Below the pieces are notes generated by a model. That model saw only the letters and a list, made by a program, of their open reading frames with translations, was not told the origin of the DNA and searched no databases. DNA of 62,737 bases, the filler included, from Globobulimina sp. (Eukaryota), in the NCBI GenBank assembly GCA_003354225.1. It is 35 parts of 35 records of this genome, joined end to end, with 100 filler letters (N's around TTAATTAATTAA, not from the genome) between each part and the next. Parts side by side here need not be neighbours in the genome. Positions count along the whole stretch, not along the records: positions 48,486 to 50,179 come from PIVH01013023.1; positions 50,280 to 51,973 come from PIVH01013024.1; positions 52,074 to 53,767 come from PIVH01013025.1; positions 53,868 to 55,561 come from PIVH01013026.1; positions 55,662 to 57,355 come from PIVH01013027.1; positions 57,456 to 59,149 come from PIVH01013028.1; positions 59,250 to 60,943 come from PIVH01013029.1; positions 61,044 to 62,737 come from PIVH01013030.1; 27 more parts are not named here. The stretch is one strand, 5' to 3'. The position numbers were made by a program, and so were the translations under genes. Shown one piece after another: positions 49,849 through 62,737 of the stretch; within the stretch, counting starts at the first letter, position 1, and every line of letters starts with the position of its first letter.

Positions 49849-50179
49849 TCAATTACTTTCTGATTCAATTTCTTCAGCTTCCCTTAATTGTGGGTCATTA
49901 TTTTTCCATTCACTAAATGCATCCCAATCTGGACCATTTCCAATAAAATCTACAAGCTTTAATCTATGTGCATCTACATCATGCGTCTTCTTAACAAATC
50001 CATTCCAATCCACATCATTTGCTACTCCATGCATCCAATCCCATGTTTTTTTCGCTTCTTCCAATGAACATATTGTATTCCTGCCAAATGTTGCTGTATA
50101 TCCTGTACTTCCTCCCCATGCATTTCCACCTCTATCCTCCCTAAAAATTTTTATAAATTTTATCCCATCTAAAAAATGT
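49849..50179 (-). CDS. C-terminal fragment of a hypothetical protein
   Basis: Frame open from the contig edge (FREDRGGNAWGGSTGY...ESESN stop). Confidence 0.5.
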
Positions 50180-50279
50180 NNNNNNNNNNNNNNNNNNNNN
50201 NNNNNNNNNNNNNNNNNNNNNNNTTAATTAATTAANNNNNNNNNNNNNNNNNNNNNNNNNNNNNNNNNNNNNNNNNNNN

Positions 50280-51405
50280 TGCGCAGATTCCAAAGAAATT
50301 AGAAGAGGATGAGCTGCGAAATAAAGTGGTTGCAAATCATAAAAAAATATTACAAATATTAATATGCGGTTTGCCAAACGAGAAAGAGCAAAATGACGAA
50401 AAAGATGATGTATTGTTGCCATTTGAGGTGGAATATAAAAGGGGAAAACATTATAAATTGTTTGAAATTGCAAGAATAAAAGCAATTGAATTGGATGTCG
50501 ATGACAATAAACTGATGGAGCAATATGATGTGAATAATGTGAAATTGTCCAGCAAACAAATGTTAATTGATATATTTGCCAGAATTGATGTTCGTGATTT
50601 GATTCAAGGAAATATGTTTTTCAATACATTGGCAAATATGCCGTGTGATATCGACGAAGATAAATATCAATTTGAGGAGTTTCGGAGTAATGAGTTTGCG
50701 ATATTTGATAAGATACCAAATGATTTGAACATTTTATTGAATGAAGTGAATGGGAATATAAATGTCAATGTGTTGCGTGCTATTTGTTGTGTTGCGATAA
50801 TTTGTCATTCCAACAGATTGTATAAGGATAATTTGTATTGGTTTGGCGATGATAAATTAAAACAAATATTCCATTCACCGGACTCAGTGTTGGCACATAT
50901 TTATCAACATTATGTAATTAGAAATATCCGATATGACTATGATGTGTCTGTGGAGAATAAGCGCATCGAGGAATTGGTTGACTTGCACTCAAATCCAGTA
51001 TTACCAGATGACATCGATGAATTTGGAGATTTGCCGGATTTGAGGTGTGGATGGAAGAAATGCGGCAAAATCTTTGATAATCGGGATAAATTATTGGATC
51101 ATGTCAGGAGATGTATTCCGCATATTTTCGTACATAAATTCCATTTAAACTGTAAAAGTGTATTACAAAATAAGCCAAACCTGTCATTAAAACAATTTAG
51201 TAAAAAAGCATTGCAATTATTTGATGCACACAAAAGGAAATATGTGACACAAAAGGAATTATCTGCATATTATCATCAATTTCAACCAATCTTTGCAAAT
51301 CAAAGAAAATCAAAGAATAATAATAATAATAAATCACAACCAAATATTGTATCAACTGGAAACATGTATTATTTTGATCAGTTAGTGTCCGTTAAAAAAA
51401 ATTAA
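50280..51405 (+). CDS. C2H2 zinc-finger-containing protein, 5' partial
   Basis: CGWKKCGKIFDNRDKLLDHV in a long ORF. Confidence 0.65.
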
Positions 51406-53867
51406 ATTTGATTGTTTGTGTCTTGTTATTTTATAATAATAGTGTTTCTGAACGGTACTTGCCGAGAAAAATAAAACAATTTGAAATGGCTGAGAATCTG
51501 TAGGAACACACTGGTTAGTTTGAAAAAACAAAAAAAACTTTCTTCTCTCAGCATGTCTTTTTTGCACTTGAGTTATATAAAATGTTTGCTGTCAACAATT
51601 ATTTTTTTCATTTTCACAACACTGGTTATTTTGTTATGTGTTAATGATAAGAGTTGGCGCAATCTGTTGGCAATTACGGATATTGAATTAAGAAAAGGAG
51701 ATATGGATATTTCTGTTGATGAAAATGAAAATAGTTTATTCCAATACACATGCAAATCATTTGATGTTTTATGCCAAGTGCTACAATTAAATGCAATTCG
51801 GAATATCAGTCATTTTAATGCCAAATGTAAGTTTCTATCCACTTATTTATTGGGCACAATGTTTGATATCTCGCCGCTGTTCATGCTGTCATTGAGGAGG
51901 GAATATTTGATGATGACAATGAGCAATGAAGATAATTGCAACTTAAACTATGATCTTTGTCACCAGATATTAANNNNNNNNNNNNNNNNNNNNNNNNNNN
52001 NNNNNNNNNNNNNNNNNTTAATTAATTAANNNNNNNNNNNNNNNNNNNNNNNNNNNNNNNNNNNNNNNNNNNNTGATTCTTTTGAACGGGGTGATCTTGT
52101 TGAATGGTGATCATTTTCCTTTTGGAGGGTTCGTTTCACATGACTTGGGCATAAACCATGTTGATTTCTGGTGGTGGTGGCTGATTTTGGGCGCATTGAC
52201 AGCTGATTTTCCTTATTGTTAATTCCTTCAAGGTTACATTTCTTCCTTTGACTGTCGATTAGAGTTGACTTTTTCCTTTTTGACAAGTTGATTGAAAGTT
52301 GATTTCCCTCTTTACATAGGTCGATACATCAAATGGCAGTCAGTTTTCTCTTCTTTCAAACATTTTCCCTGGGCATATGAATGATTTTTGATCTAAAATA
52401 TAAAAACCAAGGCAGAACAGATTTTTAAAATTACCATAAAATATTAGTAACTCGGTAGAGGTACCCCTCCCCTACCCATCTGAAAGAAAAATTTATTTAC
52501 GGGGTAAGATAATACGGTAACCAATTTTCTCTGTAGGAAGCTGAACCAACCTACAGTATGACTTGAATGATAACAAGATGAACATGTGGAACGAAATTGG
52601 GCCAAATTGTTGACAAATTGTTTGTGGTTATCTTCTGTTTGATCTGCAACCATATCCATACGGGTTTAGATTGATGTTCCATGTTAACAATAAGTGAGAA
52701 AACCCGCCGGGCAGAGATGGTAGTCCAATACATGTTTGTTTGCAGCATATACATTAACCATTGAGTGATACATAAACGAAATGGGCTTCAGATATTTACC
52801 CATTGAGATTGGTATTTGCCCATTAACATTAGTAGTCCCAGATGGTCCTTTACTTCCTAATGATTTGATCATATAACCCTTGACATGTCAGGGTTTCCAA
52901 AAATTTTACTTTTGCTAGGGCCCATTTCGGCTCACGCCATCCCGTGCTCGCCCATCGTAATTGTCCATCTTTCTAACCTCATAACTTCCAATGGTTATTG
53001 CAACATAAGGCCAACGGGTTTACGACAAAATTTTCGAAAATCTCCAACCATTGGTCTGTTATACCCGGGAATTGGCCAAAAACAATGATGACGTTTCGTT
53101 CTGATCCAAATACAGCTCCATATGATCGGATGTTGATGGTATAGTCGAAAATTGCTGCCATTTGATACAATATTCCATACATTTTACCGTATGCTGTTGA
53201 CTCAGTTGGACTGATCTTTTCCTTACAATTGATTGTCGTTGCAAACCATATTTGACCTTGGTTAACACGCTTCCGACACTATGGACTTCAATAATGAGGA
53301 AGTTGATTGACATAGATACTGAGCTGGCCTTGGTAACCACAATATACTTTTGACTGAACTGTTTGAGTATTAAGTTAGAACTCAAAACAACCAAGTTTTA
53401 GTTATGAATTTTTAGAAAATATCGCTCAATATGGCTGTCACTCCATTTTCCATAAAAATTCTCCATACAACATCGGAGGGAAATCCGTTACTATATTACC
53501 ATACATCTTACTGGTTACTTTTAAAATTGTCATTAAAAAGAATTAACTACTTTACCAATTTCTTTGTACACAGTTACAACAATTTCACCAATTTATTCTG
53601 CCATAAGACAACCATTTCCCATTCCGTTTTATTGCCAGGAATGCCAGGGATTCACATTTGTCAATACCAAAAACAATTTACAATCATCTCTTGTTCCAAC
53701 CAGTTTACTGTCACTCCTGATTATTGTCCTTTACACTCCTTTTGCTTCTAAAATATCAGTTCATTTANNNNNNNNNNNNNNNNNNNNNNNNNNNNNNNNN
53801 NNNNNNNNNNNTTAATTAATTAANNNNNNNNNNNNNNNNNNNNNNNNNNNNNNNNNNNNNNNNNNNN

Positions 53868-55561
53868 AACGAATCCAGCACACAAAAGGTCATTGTGTAC
53901 AGTAGCCGCCCGAGCAGCACACCCTTCACGTGAAGAGTCAAAGACAATACCGTCATCAATATAAACGAAGGTAACAATACCCTCCGAACGCCATTTACGG
54001 ATCCATGGCTTAAGAAGCTTAGTAAAAAGCCAAGGCGCTGGACTAAGACCAAAGGGAACTACAGTAAACACTCCATAATAAGTGACACCTGCAAAGATAA
54101 ACGAAAAACCGAGAAAACCCTGACTATCAGGGTGAACGTCACCATGATAAAACATTTTTGTCAGGTCATAAACCACAGCCCACCCATCTGGAACAAAATA
54201 GGGAATCGCTGTGCGAAGGTCTTCCATTTTAAAGTGTTGTTTATGAACAAAACGATTGACATAAGTAAGATCTAAAATTAGGCGCTTTTTGCCATTAGAT
54301 TGGATAGCCACCTGAAGTGGATTAATAATATAGGGCGGTTCCGAAACCAAACGAGCACAGCCATTTTTAATTAACTCTCCAATAGCTGTTAGACCAAAGT
54401 CAAAATGCTCATCAAATGAACGATTATTAGAGCGTGGGGAACATGGGGGTGGTATGCCAGACATAAATGGAATGCGATAACCGAAAGTTATAACGTTTAA
54501 AATAAATTTAGAACAATTAATAGCTCTCCAGGCGGCCAAATGGGATTTTAAGGAACCTTTCACTCTAAAGGTAGCCAGAGCAGACCATTTACTATACAAC
54601 CAACTAGAAAATGAGGGCCCCGAGGCCAAGAATAAAGGGTTAAAATGAACCAAACAAGCAGTTAACTCACTCTGTACAATATTATTCACAACATTAGAAG
54701 ACGATGGAACTAAATTAGAGTCATTTGTGGGATGATCCTTTTTGTGGACAATCTTTTTGCCAGTGGCTAAAGTCTCCGCAGATTCGGCAACCATTTCCAG
54801 TACCACTGGGGTAGTATGAACGAGAGGGGCCGGCGGGCCGGCCACGGCCAAGAAAGGGCTGATTGAAATTAGCAGCACCGACCAAAGAAGGTACAGACGA
54901 TGCTGGACGTTTCCAACCACCACCACCACGTTTGTTTTTGACGGCAGTAGTTGCTGTACGTTGAATGCGACGTTCATCTTCAAGATTAAGTGCTAAATTG
55001 TCAGCTCGGTAAGCGTCGACATGAGCCCAACCGGCTGGTGATCGGTCGGCGAGACGGACCATCCGTAATTGATCAGCTAAAGCAATTTTCAGATCTTTGA
55101 CAGTATCACAAACGGCTTGAGGATCGACCGATTCAGGATCAAGATTAACTAATGAATCAAGTTTGACAACATATTCGCGAAGAGACCACAATGATTCATA
55201 ACGTTTGCGATTTCCTTCAAATTTGATACCAGCTTCAGTTGGTGTCTTCTCCCAAACTTGAGCAAGAGTCTCCGAAAATTCGAGTTTAGGACGTTTGACA
55301 GGAGAATCGCCTTCAATTGATGTTGATAAATTGACCGACGGACGATTAGACAAAAGATCCAAGAGTTGTTTATGGTTAGTTTCCATAGACGATTGAAGTT
55401 GCGAAATAGCGGTAGCATTCGTAGCAACTTTGTCAGACAAAATTGGAACAGTTTCAGCGTTTTCAGTCATAGTTGAAAAAGGAATACAATATGAATGTAA
55501 ACCCAAGGATAACAAAAGTATAGCAATTGTAGAGCTCAGAGCCCAAACCAAAACCTGGCCC
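53868..55561 (-). mobile_element. DIRS/Ngaro-type retrotransposon 5' part: gag (about 55470-54721) overlapping the RT ORF (54983 to contig edge)
   Basis: CRICGDFSHWQKDC knuckle; RT motifs GYRIPF, GKKRLILDL, FKMEDL, PFGLSPAP, YIDDG; no stops. Confidence 0.92.
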
Positions 55562-55676
55562 NNNNNNNNNNNNNNNNNNNNNNNNNNNNNNNNNNNNNNN
55601 NNNNNTTAATTAATTAANNNNNNNNNNNNNNNNNNNNNNNNNNNNNNNNNNNNNNNNNNNNATAATATTAGTACTA

Positions 55677-55885
55677 ATATGCGTACCTCTTATCGGGAAC
55701 ACTACTGTATATGATTTTTTGATAATATATATATGAGCTCGCTAATATATATATTAGTAGATAATATATTTAATAAAAAAAAAAGATAATTTTCGCAGAT
55801 TAATATATATATGATCAATATATTAGCACTAATCATATATATTAGCTAATCATATGCGTATCTCTTATCGGGAACACTACTGTAT
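55677..55885. repeat. Two direct copies (55677-55710 and 55852-55885) of a 34-bp Tc1/pogo-like terminus
   Basis: The minus strand reads TA-CAGTAGTGTTCCCGATAAGAG in both copies. Confidence 0.6.
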
Positions 55886-56075
55886 CTAACAATGCAGCTT
55901 GGTGATGAGATCAACACCAAATGGTTAATTTTTTATAATTATGATAATACCAAAACTACTGTATGGTCATGAATAAAGCACTGTATTCATATTGATTGTG
56001 CTTAACAACGCGAGGATTAGGAATAACATATTTTGCTGAGATTTTGTTTTTGAAGAGAGAAGTAGCTGAGATGAG

Positions 56076-57354
56076 ATGAGGACAAATGCTATGCCTGGTT
56101 TTGGCAAATTAGCATCAATAAATCCAGATTTTGATGTGAATGTATTACCAGACTTTGATGACGAAGTGCCAACAGCCTCTAATCTAGTCAGTAAAAAGAA
56201 GAAAACTAAACAAAATCATCAAAATATATCACCACAACAATCAGTATCAAAAAAAAGAAACCGAAAAGTTGCAGCAAGAAAAACATCAACAATTCGTGAC
56301 AGAATCAAACAATATGAAAAAATCTCAAATAAAGCCAAAGAAGAACAAAGAAATTCGGTAATAATAAAAACAAGTAAAAGTGCTGAAAACACCACAGATA
56401 AAACGAAAGAGACGAAAGAGACGAAAAACGATAAGAATATCAGTATATATACAGACAAAACCCCACCACCAACCTTAAAAAAGTTACTTTATATTTCCTT
56501 CCAGTTGATACTGTTCATATTATTGGCTACAACAAATGCATAAATAACAGACAAACAAATTATATGTCAGAGTCAGACACAAAAAATAACGCAGCGCCGC
56601 TAATTAAAAAACAAATGTTTTCCGAAATCGAAAGCGAAATGCTTGCCTCTATAATTATATCGCCAATGAATTCAGCAAATTTGGCAAATACTAGTACTCC
56701 AACCGTGACCCCAACTGACTTATTCGCATTGGATAAGGACGATTCTTGTACCACTCCTATAGTTATACAGAGTAAAAGCCAAGACTTGGCGTTAAATGGC
56801 CATGGCGCAGATGCTCCGCCACCTGCATACACTGCATATGACACGAAAGCAACCAATTCGCCATCCGCTGCAACTGACGATATGTCAAAGGATACCTCGA
56901 TATCATTTGATGCGGTGTATGAGCCATCCTATAGAAACGACGTAGTTTCATTTCCATCGTTAAGGCGTGGCACAGCACATCGGGTCAGTGATGGTAATGT
57001 GATGCGTGATGTGATTAAACAACAAATAGCGGAAAAGGAAGTGAGAAAAGCAAAATTAAAAAGGAAACACAGTAAGTTTACAGAGTTTGATGCAAAGAAT
57101 AGGACAAAGATTAATTTATGGGGAAGGAAAATGAATTCATTTGCGACAAAGCACGGTCAACAGGCGATTATTGAATGGAGATTTGCATCGTCAGATAACA
57201 TGACACATACTTTAGTATTGCAACATGAGCAAATTAAAAAAAAGAAGAAGTCAAAAAGAATGGTTATATTGGATGGGAAGGAACGGTATTCGCACAAATC
57301 CAAACAGACTGAGTTTAGACTGTGTGTTCCGGGCTGTGGCGATGTTTTGGATGT
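56076..57354 (+). CDS. Low-complexity protein with a FAIM1-like beta domain, intron-containing, 3' partial
   Basis: IEWRF...HTLVLQHEQ...KRMVILDGKE resembles FAIM; intron-like segment at about 56450-56550. Confidence 0.5.
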
Positions 57355-57455
57355 ANNNNNNNNNNNNNNNNNNNNNNNNNNNNNNNNNNNNNNNNNNNNT
57401 TAATTAATTAANNNNNNNNNNNNNNNNNNNNNNNNNNNNNNNNNNNNNNNNNNNN

Positions 57456-57808
57456 CTGACTAGAGGTTGTGAATTAAAACAAACGATGAGTTATTTTGTT
57501 CGACATCGTCTGGATTTGGTGTATGCGGAGAGGATGGACATAAAATGTGTAATAATTTATCAAAACCATTTGGTAATCCATTTAAAATAAATGATATAAT
57601 TACTGTTAAATTACAATGTACGCGCAGCTATTATGAATTGTTATTTTTTGTAAATGGTAAAAATATGAATTGCAATTCTGAGCGACAAGACGATTGCAAT
57701 AATGTTGCATTTAGATTGCCAAATGACAAAGTATATGAAATGACAGTTGCATTACGTTTCAAATATAAAATCAAATGTATTTCATTTAATGTTAAACCGT
57801 ATCTGTAA
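57456..57808 (+). CDS. C-terminal SPRY-like domain fragment
   Basis: FKINDIITVKL...LLFFVNGK...VAF. Confidence 0.45.
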
Positions 57809-58077
57809 GCGTGTGTTTTTTCTTTCCAATTTTAAAATTATTTTTTTTGTATATTTCTGTATTTGTATGTTTAATTTGTATATTTGCTTTAACGTTTTTA
57901 CAAATCTTTTAACGTTTTTAGTTTTTACAAACATGGCAATCTGAATTATCCTCGCACACGAAAGATGGTGACTTTTCAAATAAAAGAATGCTAAAGTATG
58001 CGCAATGACGTTTTGATATTTGCAAAATGTTTCAATTAAATAAATTACTGCAAAAAATTAAATAAACTTCGATCAAT

Positions 58078-58932
58078 TCATGATAAAATTTTAGTGAAAA
58101 TACGATAATCATTTTTGTATTCATCAATTTCATTTTTATCAAGTGTATATTTTAACTGCTTTTTATAAAATTTAATTGCTGCGACATTGGGTGTAAATAC
58201 TGTCAATTCTATGTAATCGCATTTAGCTGAATTTGCAATAAATTCACAACTATTCATTAAATATTCGCCATAGCCTTTTCTTTGATATTTATTATTTATC
58301 ATCAATTCATAAACGTAAAATTCATAATATTCCTCAGCTAAATTAATAACATTTACGTCCATTCTAAAGGAGACATATCCGATTAATTCATCATTTAAAT
58401 TATTCCGAATAATAATACAATTTGCTTTTTTATGTGTTAATTCTTCCTCCATTTTCTGCGAATTCCAGGGTCCTAAATATTTTGATTGGTCATAGTAGGA
58501 TTTCATTAAAGATGATGTTAAATCGACCAAATGTTTTAATGATTCTCTATCCAAATCGCATCCTTTTATGAACGACCAATTAATTTCCTTTCGAGTATTC
58601 ATCATTTGCACTAATTTTATTTCATCGCTCTCACATTCTAATTTAATTACATTTGTTTTTTGTAACCACTGTGGAAAATCGATCCAACCACATTTCACAA
58701 CTTCTTGTTCAAATCTTTTGTTCGTAGTATTATAATTATTATATAAACCACGCAATCGGAGCAGCAATTTTCTCCGTTTACTACGATCCCCTTTGTTTTT
58801 GAATAAGTCTGAACTGTATAATTTTTGTGAGATTGTCACCATATTTTGAAACTTAATGTAATTAGATTTCTCCTCTTCTGATTGAACCACAACGTATTCT
58901 GATTCATCTTGACAGCTCACACTCGAAGACAT
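58078..58932 (-). CDS. NAA40: N-alpha-acetyltransferase 40 (NatD)-like GNAT
   Basis: MKSYYDQS..W...EEL, GYVSFRMD, YVYEL...QRKGYG, LTVF..N..AIKFY. Confidence 0.8.
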   Translation of the reverse strand: MSSSVSCQDESEYVVVQSEEEKSNYIKFQNMVTISQKLYSSDLFKNKGDRSKRRKLLLRLRGLYNNYNTTNKRFEQEVVKCGWIDFPQWLQKTNVIKLECESDEIKLVQMMNTRKEINWSFIKGCDLDRESLKHLVDLTSSLMKSYYDQSKYLGPWNSQKMEEELTHKKANCIIIRNNLNDELIGYVSFRMDVNVINLAEEYYEFYVYELMINNKYQRKGYGEYLMNSCEFIANSAKCDYIELTVFTPNVAAIKFYKKQLKYTLDKNEIDEYKNDYRIFTKILS

Positions 58933-59249
58933 TATTATGTACCCTCTACAAATTAAAAAAACAAAAAGGAAAATAATTTAAAAGATTGGATTTTATTAAT
59001 GTTACAAAAGTCGTGCACAATGAGTTTTAATAGGACTTGAACAAAGTATATGATAACCACCGCTGGTCGATTTTTTGTATATGATTTGAACAAAGTATAT
59101 GCATTAATTTGGTTTGCCAGCGTAAAGTTAACTGTTTAACGAGAGTTAGNNNNNNNNNNNNNNNNNNNNNNNNNNNNNNNNNNNNNNNNNNNNTTAATTA
59201 ATTAANNNNNNNNNNNNNNNNNNNNNNNNNNNNNNNNNNNNNNNNNNNN

Positions 59250-60181
59250 GCTTATTCCAACATTCAGACATTGTGACCTCAGTGACCTTCCATCCCAGCG
59301 AGGATTATTTGTTCTTGTCCGGCTCCTTCGACTCTCGGCTGCGTCTATGGAACATTTTGGAGCACCGCGTGGTGGATTGGGTGCAGGTCCCCACGTTGGT
59401 GACTTGCACCACTTTCAGCATCAACGGCAAGTTCGCCATTGCCGGGCTGTACGATGGGCAGTGTTTCTTTTATCACACTCAGGCGCATCGCCTGAAGTAT
59501 GTGACCGCGATCGAGTGCAGGAATTCCAGTGGCAAGTACAGGAAAGGCAGGAAAGTGACGGGTTTGCAGTACATTCCCACGGCGGCGGATGACGGCAATC
59601 ACAACAACAACGACCATGGCTCGCCGCAGCTGCTGATCAGCACAAATGACTCTCGTCTGAGGATGTACAATCTGTGCAATTTCGACATGAAATGCAAGTA
59701 CAAAGGACACGAGAATACGCAGAGCCAAATCCATGCGCGTTTCAGCCCCGACGGCCAATTAATTATTTGCGGCTCGGAGGACAATAACATTTATGTCTGG
59801 AAAGTGGAGAAAAGCGCAAATGACGAAGCGGGACATCTGATTTTCCAAACGAAGAAAAGCAAAAACCGACAGGAATATTATGAGTATTTCAAATCAAACT
59901 GTAAGTTGCCGCAAGTTGCGCTGTTTGCGCCTCATCGAACTGTGCATTATATACATAAATTCAGGACTGTTATCAATAAGAATTCCAAGTCAATGTACAA
60001 GAATAACGAAGAAAAGATCAAACATATCATATTGACTGCGGACACGGAGGGACATATTCATATTTATACCAATCATAGCAATGAAAAGGACTACAAATAT
60101 CCGTATAATCATCACACGCATCGCACGCGAAGCAGTACGTCGCATCGAAAGAGTAAAGGAATGAAAAAAAAACATAAATAA
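59250..60181 (+). CDS. WDR44-like WD40 protein, 5' partial
   Basis: FQHSDIVTSVTFHP, FLSGSFD, RKVTGL, LLISTNDSRLR, KYKGHEN, ICGSED. Confidence 0.85.
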
Positions 60182-60603
60182 TTCCGTTTTAGTCAATTGT
60201 TTATTTAAGATTTTCCCTTTTTGGTTCTAGTTCTATTTAACTTTGCTTTTTGTGATGACGACATATCTCTTGTTTTGTGGATGTTTTTGTATACGTAATT
60301 GATTATATTATATATAATATGTGGCTCTGGCTGATTGTGACTGGCTGGCTGGGAGACGGACACAGATGCGCTTAATTGAAATGATTGTAAATAATATTGC
60401 ATTTTTGAGTGCAATTGGTGAATATAATAGGCACTTTTGCAAGCAAATTAATTTGTTGCTATTTGCACGGAAATGTTCGAGACTTCATTTATCGAGATCT
60501 GTTTTTGTGGAAACTAAAACAGTTAATTCTCAAAATATGGAATAAGAAATCCTCCTGATTCGGAATGGTTATGTTTTTTGATAAACAAAACAAAAATTCT
60601 GTA

Positions 60604-60675
60604 GGGGTCAGGCGAGAATCGAACTCGCGGCCTCTCGCACCCGAAACGAGAATCATACCACTAGACCACTGACCC
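60604..60675 (-). tRNA. tRNA-Pro (CGG), eukaryotic type, no encoded CCA
   Basis: GGGTCAG/CTGACCC acceptor stem, TGGTCTAGTGG A-box, CTCGT-TTCGGGT-GCGAG anticodon arm, GTTCGA T-loop. Confidence 0.95.
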
Positions 60676-61043
60676 GCTGACACACTGCATAACTCTTTCT
60701 GTGAACATTTGATATTAAACAAACAAGTATATAAACTCACCAAATTGCACTGAACGAACACATATATTTATGATTACCAAAAGGGTTTGATGCATCTGTA
60801 AAATCATAGGTCGAAAATTATCCATCATTAGACTAATGTCAACTAAGTTCGGAACCTTAACATGTTAGAAAACTTCTTTGTTTAGTACTGAAGGGCTTTA
60901 GCTGGATGCGATCTAAAAAGTGATTCACGTCCCTTTGGAACATNNNNNNNNNNNNNNNNNNNNNNNNNNNNNNNNNNNNNNNNNNNNTTAATTAATTAAN
61001 NNNNNNNNNNNNNNNNNNNNNNNNNNNNNNNNNNNNNNNNNNN

Positions 61044-62737
61044 TGTAAATTTCTTTTTTTCCCGCTTAACCTGTCCATGAATCACATCATATTTATGGTC
61101 CTCGTCCCCTGTCCGCAAAATGCGTGTTTTTTGGTCATAAACATCTTTCTCATATAAATAATCGCTGCTATCGCCACTACCGCTATCATCCTGGAATCCG
61201 ACTGTCTGAATATCTCTTTGTTTATGGTCCGGAGTGACCGGCGTATAATGTCGAATGATGGTCGTTTGCGGTTTGTTTTGTTTTTCCTCCACCGGCGACA
61301 CAGCCGGCGTTGGAGTGACATCGTTATTATTCATCACTGATATGCTCAAATGTGAAGGTGGCGCAGTACGGCTGTCTGATTTGTACTGTCCCAGCGTTAA
61401 ATATACAGACTCAAACGGAGCAGTTTTGGTTTTGGACGGTGAGCGTAGAAATTTGCCCGAGATGGTTTTTGAAGGTGAGATTAGTGCATTCTTGCGTGGT
61501 GATGTTTGATTATTTATTTTTAATTTATAAGTTTTATTTTCTGATTTGGATTCGCTCGATGTATGCTGTACTGTGCTGATACCCATTCCATTTAATTCCA
61601 AATGGTATTTGGGTGATTTGGCGAGGGGTAATTGATTACGCTTTTTTTTGAGGTTATTTACTTTGCGTTTAAAGGTGAGATAAGCTAAAAAACTGAAAAC
61701 AGTGCAAAAACATAATGCGATCACGGTGCTGAATATGGTGATTTCTACGTATTGATAGCTATCGGTTGTGGTATCATTGGCGAATTGATGATCGGGTATG
61801 GTGCGGACAAAGGGAGTGGTGGTCGTAAATGGCCTGTATCCAAAGGTTGGTTTTCTGCTCGGTTTCTCCTATAGAATATATAGCGTTTTTTATGTATACA
61901 GTACAAAGGTAATAATGTATATATTATTTGTACGAAACAGTTGTTGAATATTCATTTTCTGTGCTAATAATGGTCGATTGTGTTATCATTAATGTTGGGT
62001 TTACTGTTGGATGTATCGTAGGTTCCATTGTTGGATTTATTGTTGGATGCAATGATGGAATGCGTGTTGGATATATAGATGGTTCCTTTTTTAATTTATA
62101 TAATGTGTACGAAATATGATAACAATTTGTGTTGTATACAAAGAAAAACTTTAACTGTTGTTGGTGAATATGTATATCCAATGATAGTGGGTGGTATACT
62201 GCTTATTGTCGGTATATTTGTAGGTGTATATGATGGTGATACGGATGGTATAAATGTTGGAATATTGGTAGGCATATTTGTAGGCGGCACAGATGGCGTT
62301 AATGATGGATTAAGTGTTGGATTATTTGTTGGATCGACACTCGGTGTATATGTTGGTATAGTGCTAGGAGATAAGGAAGGTGTTAACGACGGTGATATGG
62401 TAGTTGGCGCCGCTGTGGTTGGTATATTTGTAGCTGGATTCATGGACGGTGAGTAACTCGGATTATGCGTGGTTGGTGATAAGGTCAATGGACTTATACT
62501 GGGAGCAACAGATGGTGGCAATGTTGGTGATACGGAGGGTATCAATGTTGGTATATTAGTGGGTGGCAATGTAGGTGACGATGTTGGTTGTATTGTGGGA
62601 GTGAATGAGGTTAATACAACATTTGTAAAGGTCGCACTGCCTCTATTATAAAAGTCACCCACTTTGTTGGACATCCACCAGACTGGCACCATAACGCCAA
62701 TATATTGGGGCTGTGTGGGCTCACGATCCCATATTAC
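61044..62737 (-). CDS. Mucin-like PT-repeat type I membrane protein, multi-exon, partial at both ends
   Basis: Long PT/PS repeat stalk over several exons, TM segment near 61680-61740, cytoplasmic tail. Confidence 0.75.

Noticed and set aside
52074-53767. Alternative-genetic-code gene on the minus strand (protein-like frames broken by TAA)
   Set aside because: All three stop codons interrupt the frame and no motif is recognisable; more likely decayed sequence of unknown origin
62079-62651. Gly/Val-rich plus-strand ORFs
   Set aside because: Antisense shadows of the PT-repeat gene

Overview
This is not a contiguous locus. It is 35 unrelated contigs of about 1.69-1.70 kb, sorted by decreasing length and joined by an artificial 100-bp spacer (N-run, TTAATTAATTAA, N-run), so gene neighbourhood across spacers is meaningless. 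Most contigs come from an AT-rich, gene-dense eukaryote with short GT-AG introns (55-190 nt) and the standard code. A protist such as a foraminiferan is my inference from the PT-repeat/vWA surface proteins, HxDLSLEN kinase and UBA genes. Recognisable eukaryotic genes include Rab1, Rac, a TRP channel, a sterol desaturase-family enzyme, a bacterial-type PARG, a PARP-like protein, URC4, an atypical MAPK, a damaged GH20, TRM13-like, a PX protein, Cbp3, CAP59-like GT, XRN2, NDUFAF3, CFAP43, NAA40, WDR44 and tRNA-Pro(CGG). Bacterial DNA is also present (TPR/GT operon, GH57, dockerin-like tail with terminator), partly in chimeric contigs typical of whole-genome amplification. Mobile elements are two DIRS/Ngaro-type retroelements, an RNase H LINE abutting XRN2, MITE-like ends and a Polinton/adintovirus-type major capsid gene. 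The highlights are the Polinton capsid gene interrupted by a clean 56-nt spliceosomal intron with a duplicated 3' end, and a ~55-bp tandem array that reads on the minus strand as micro-exons flanked by splice sites. All family assignments are by motif recognition only; no searches were run.
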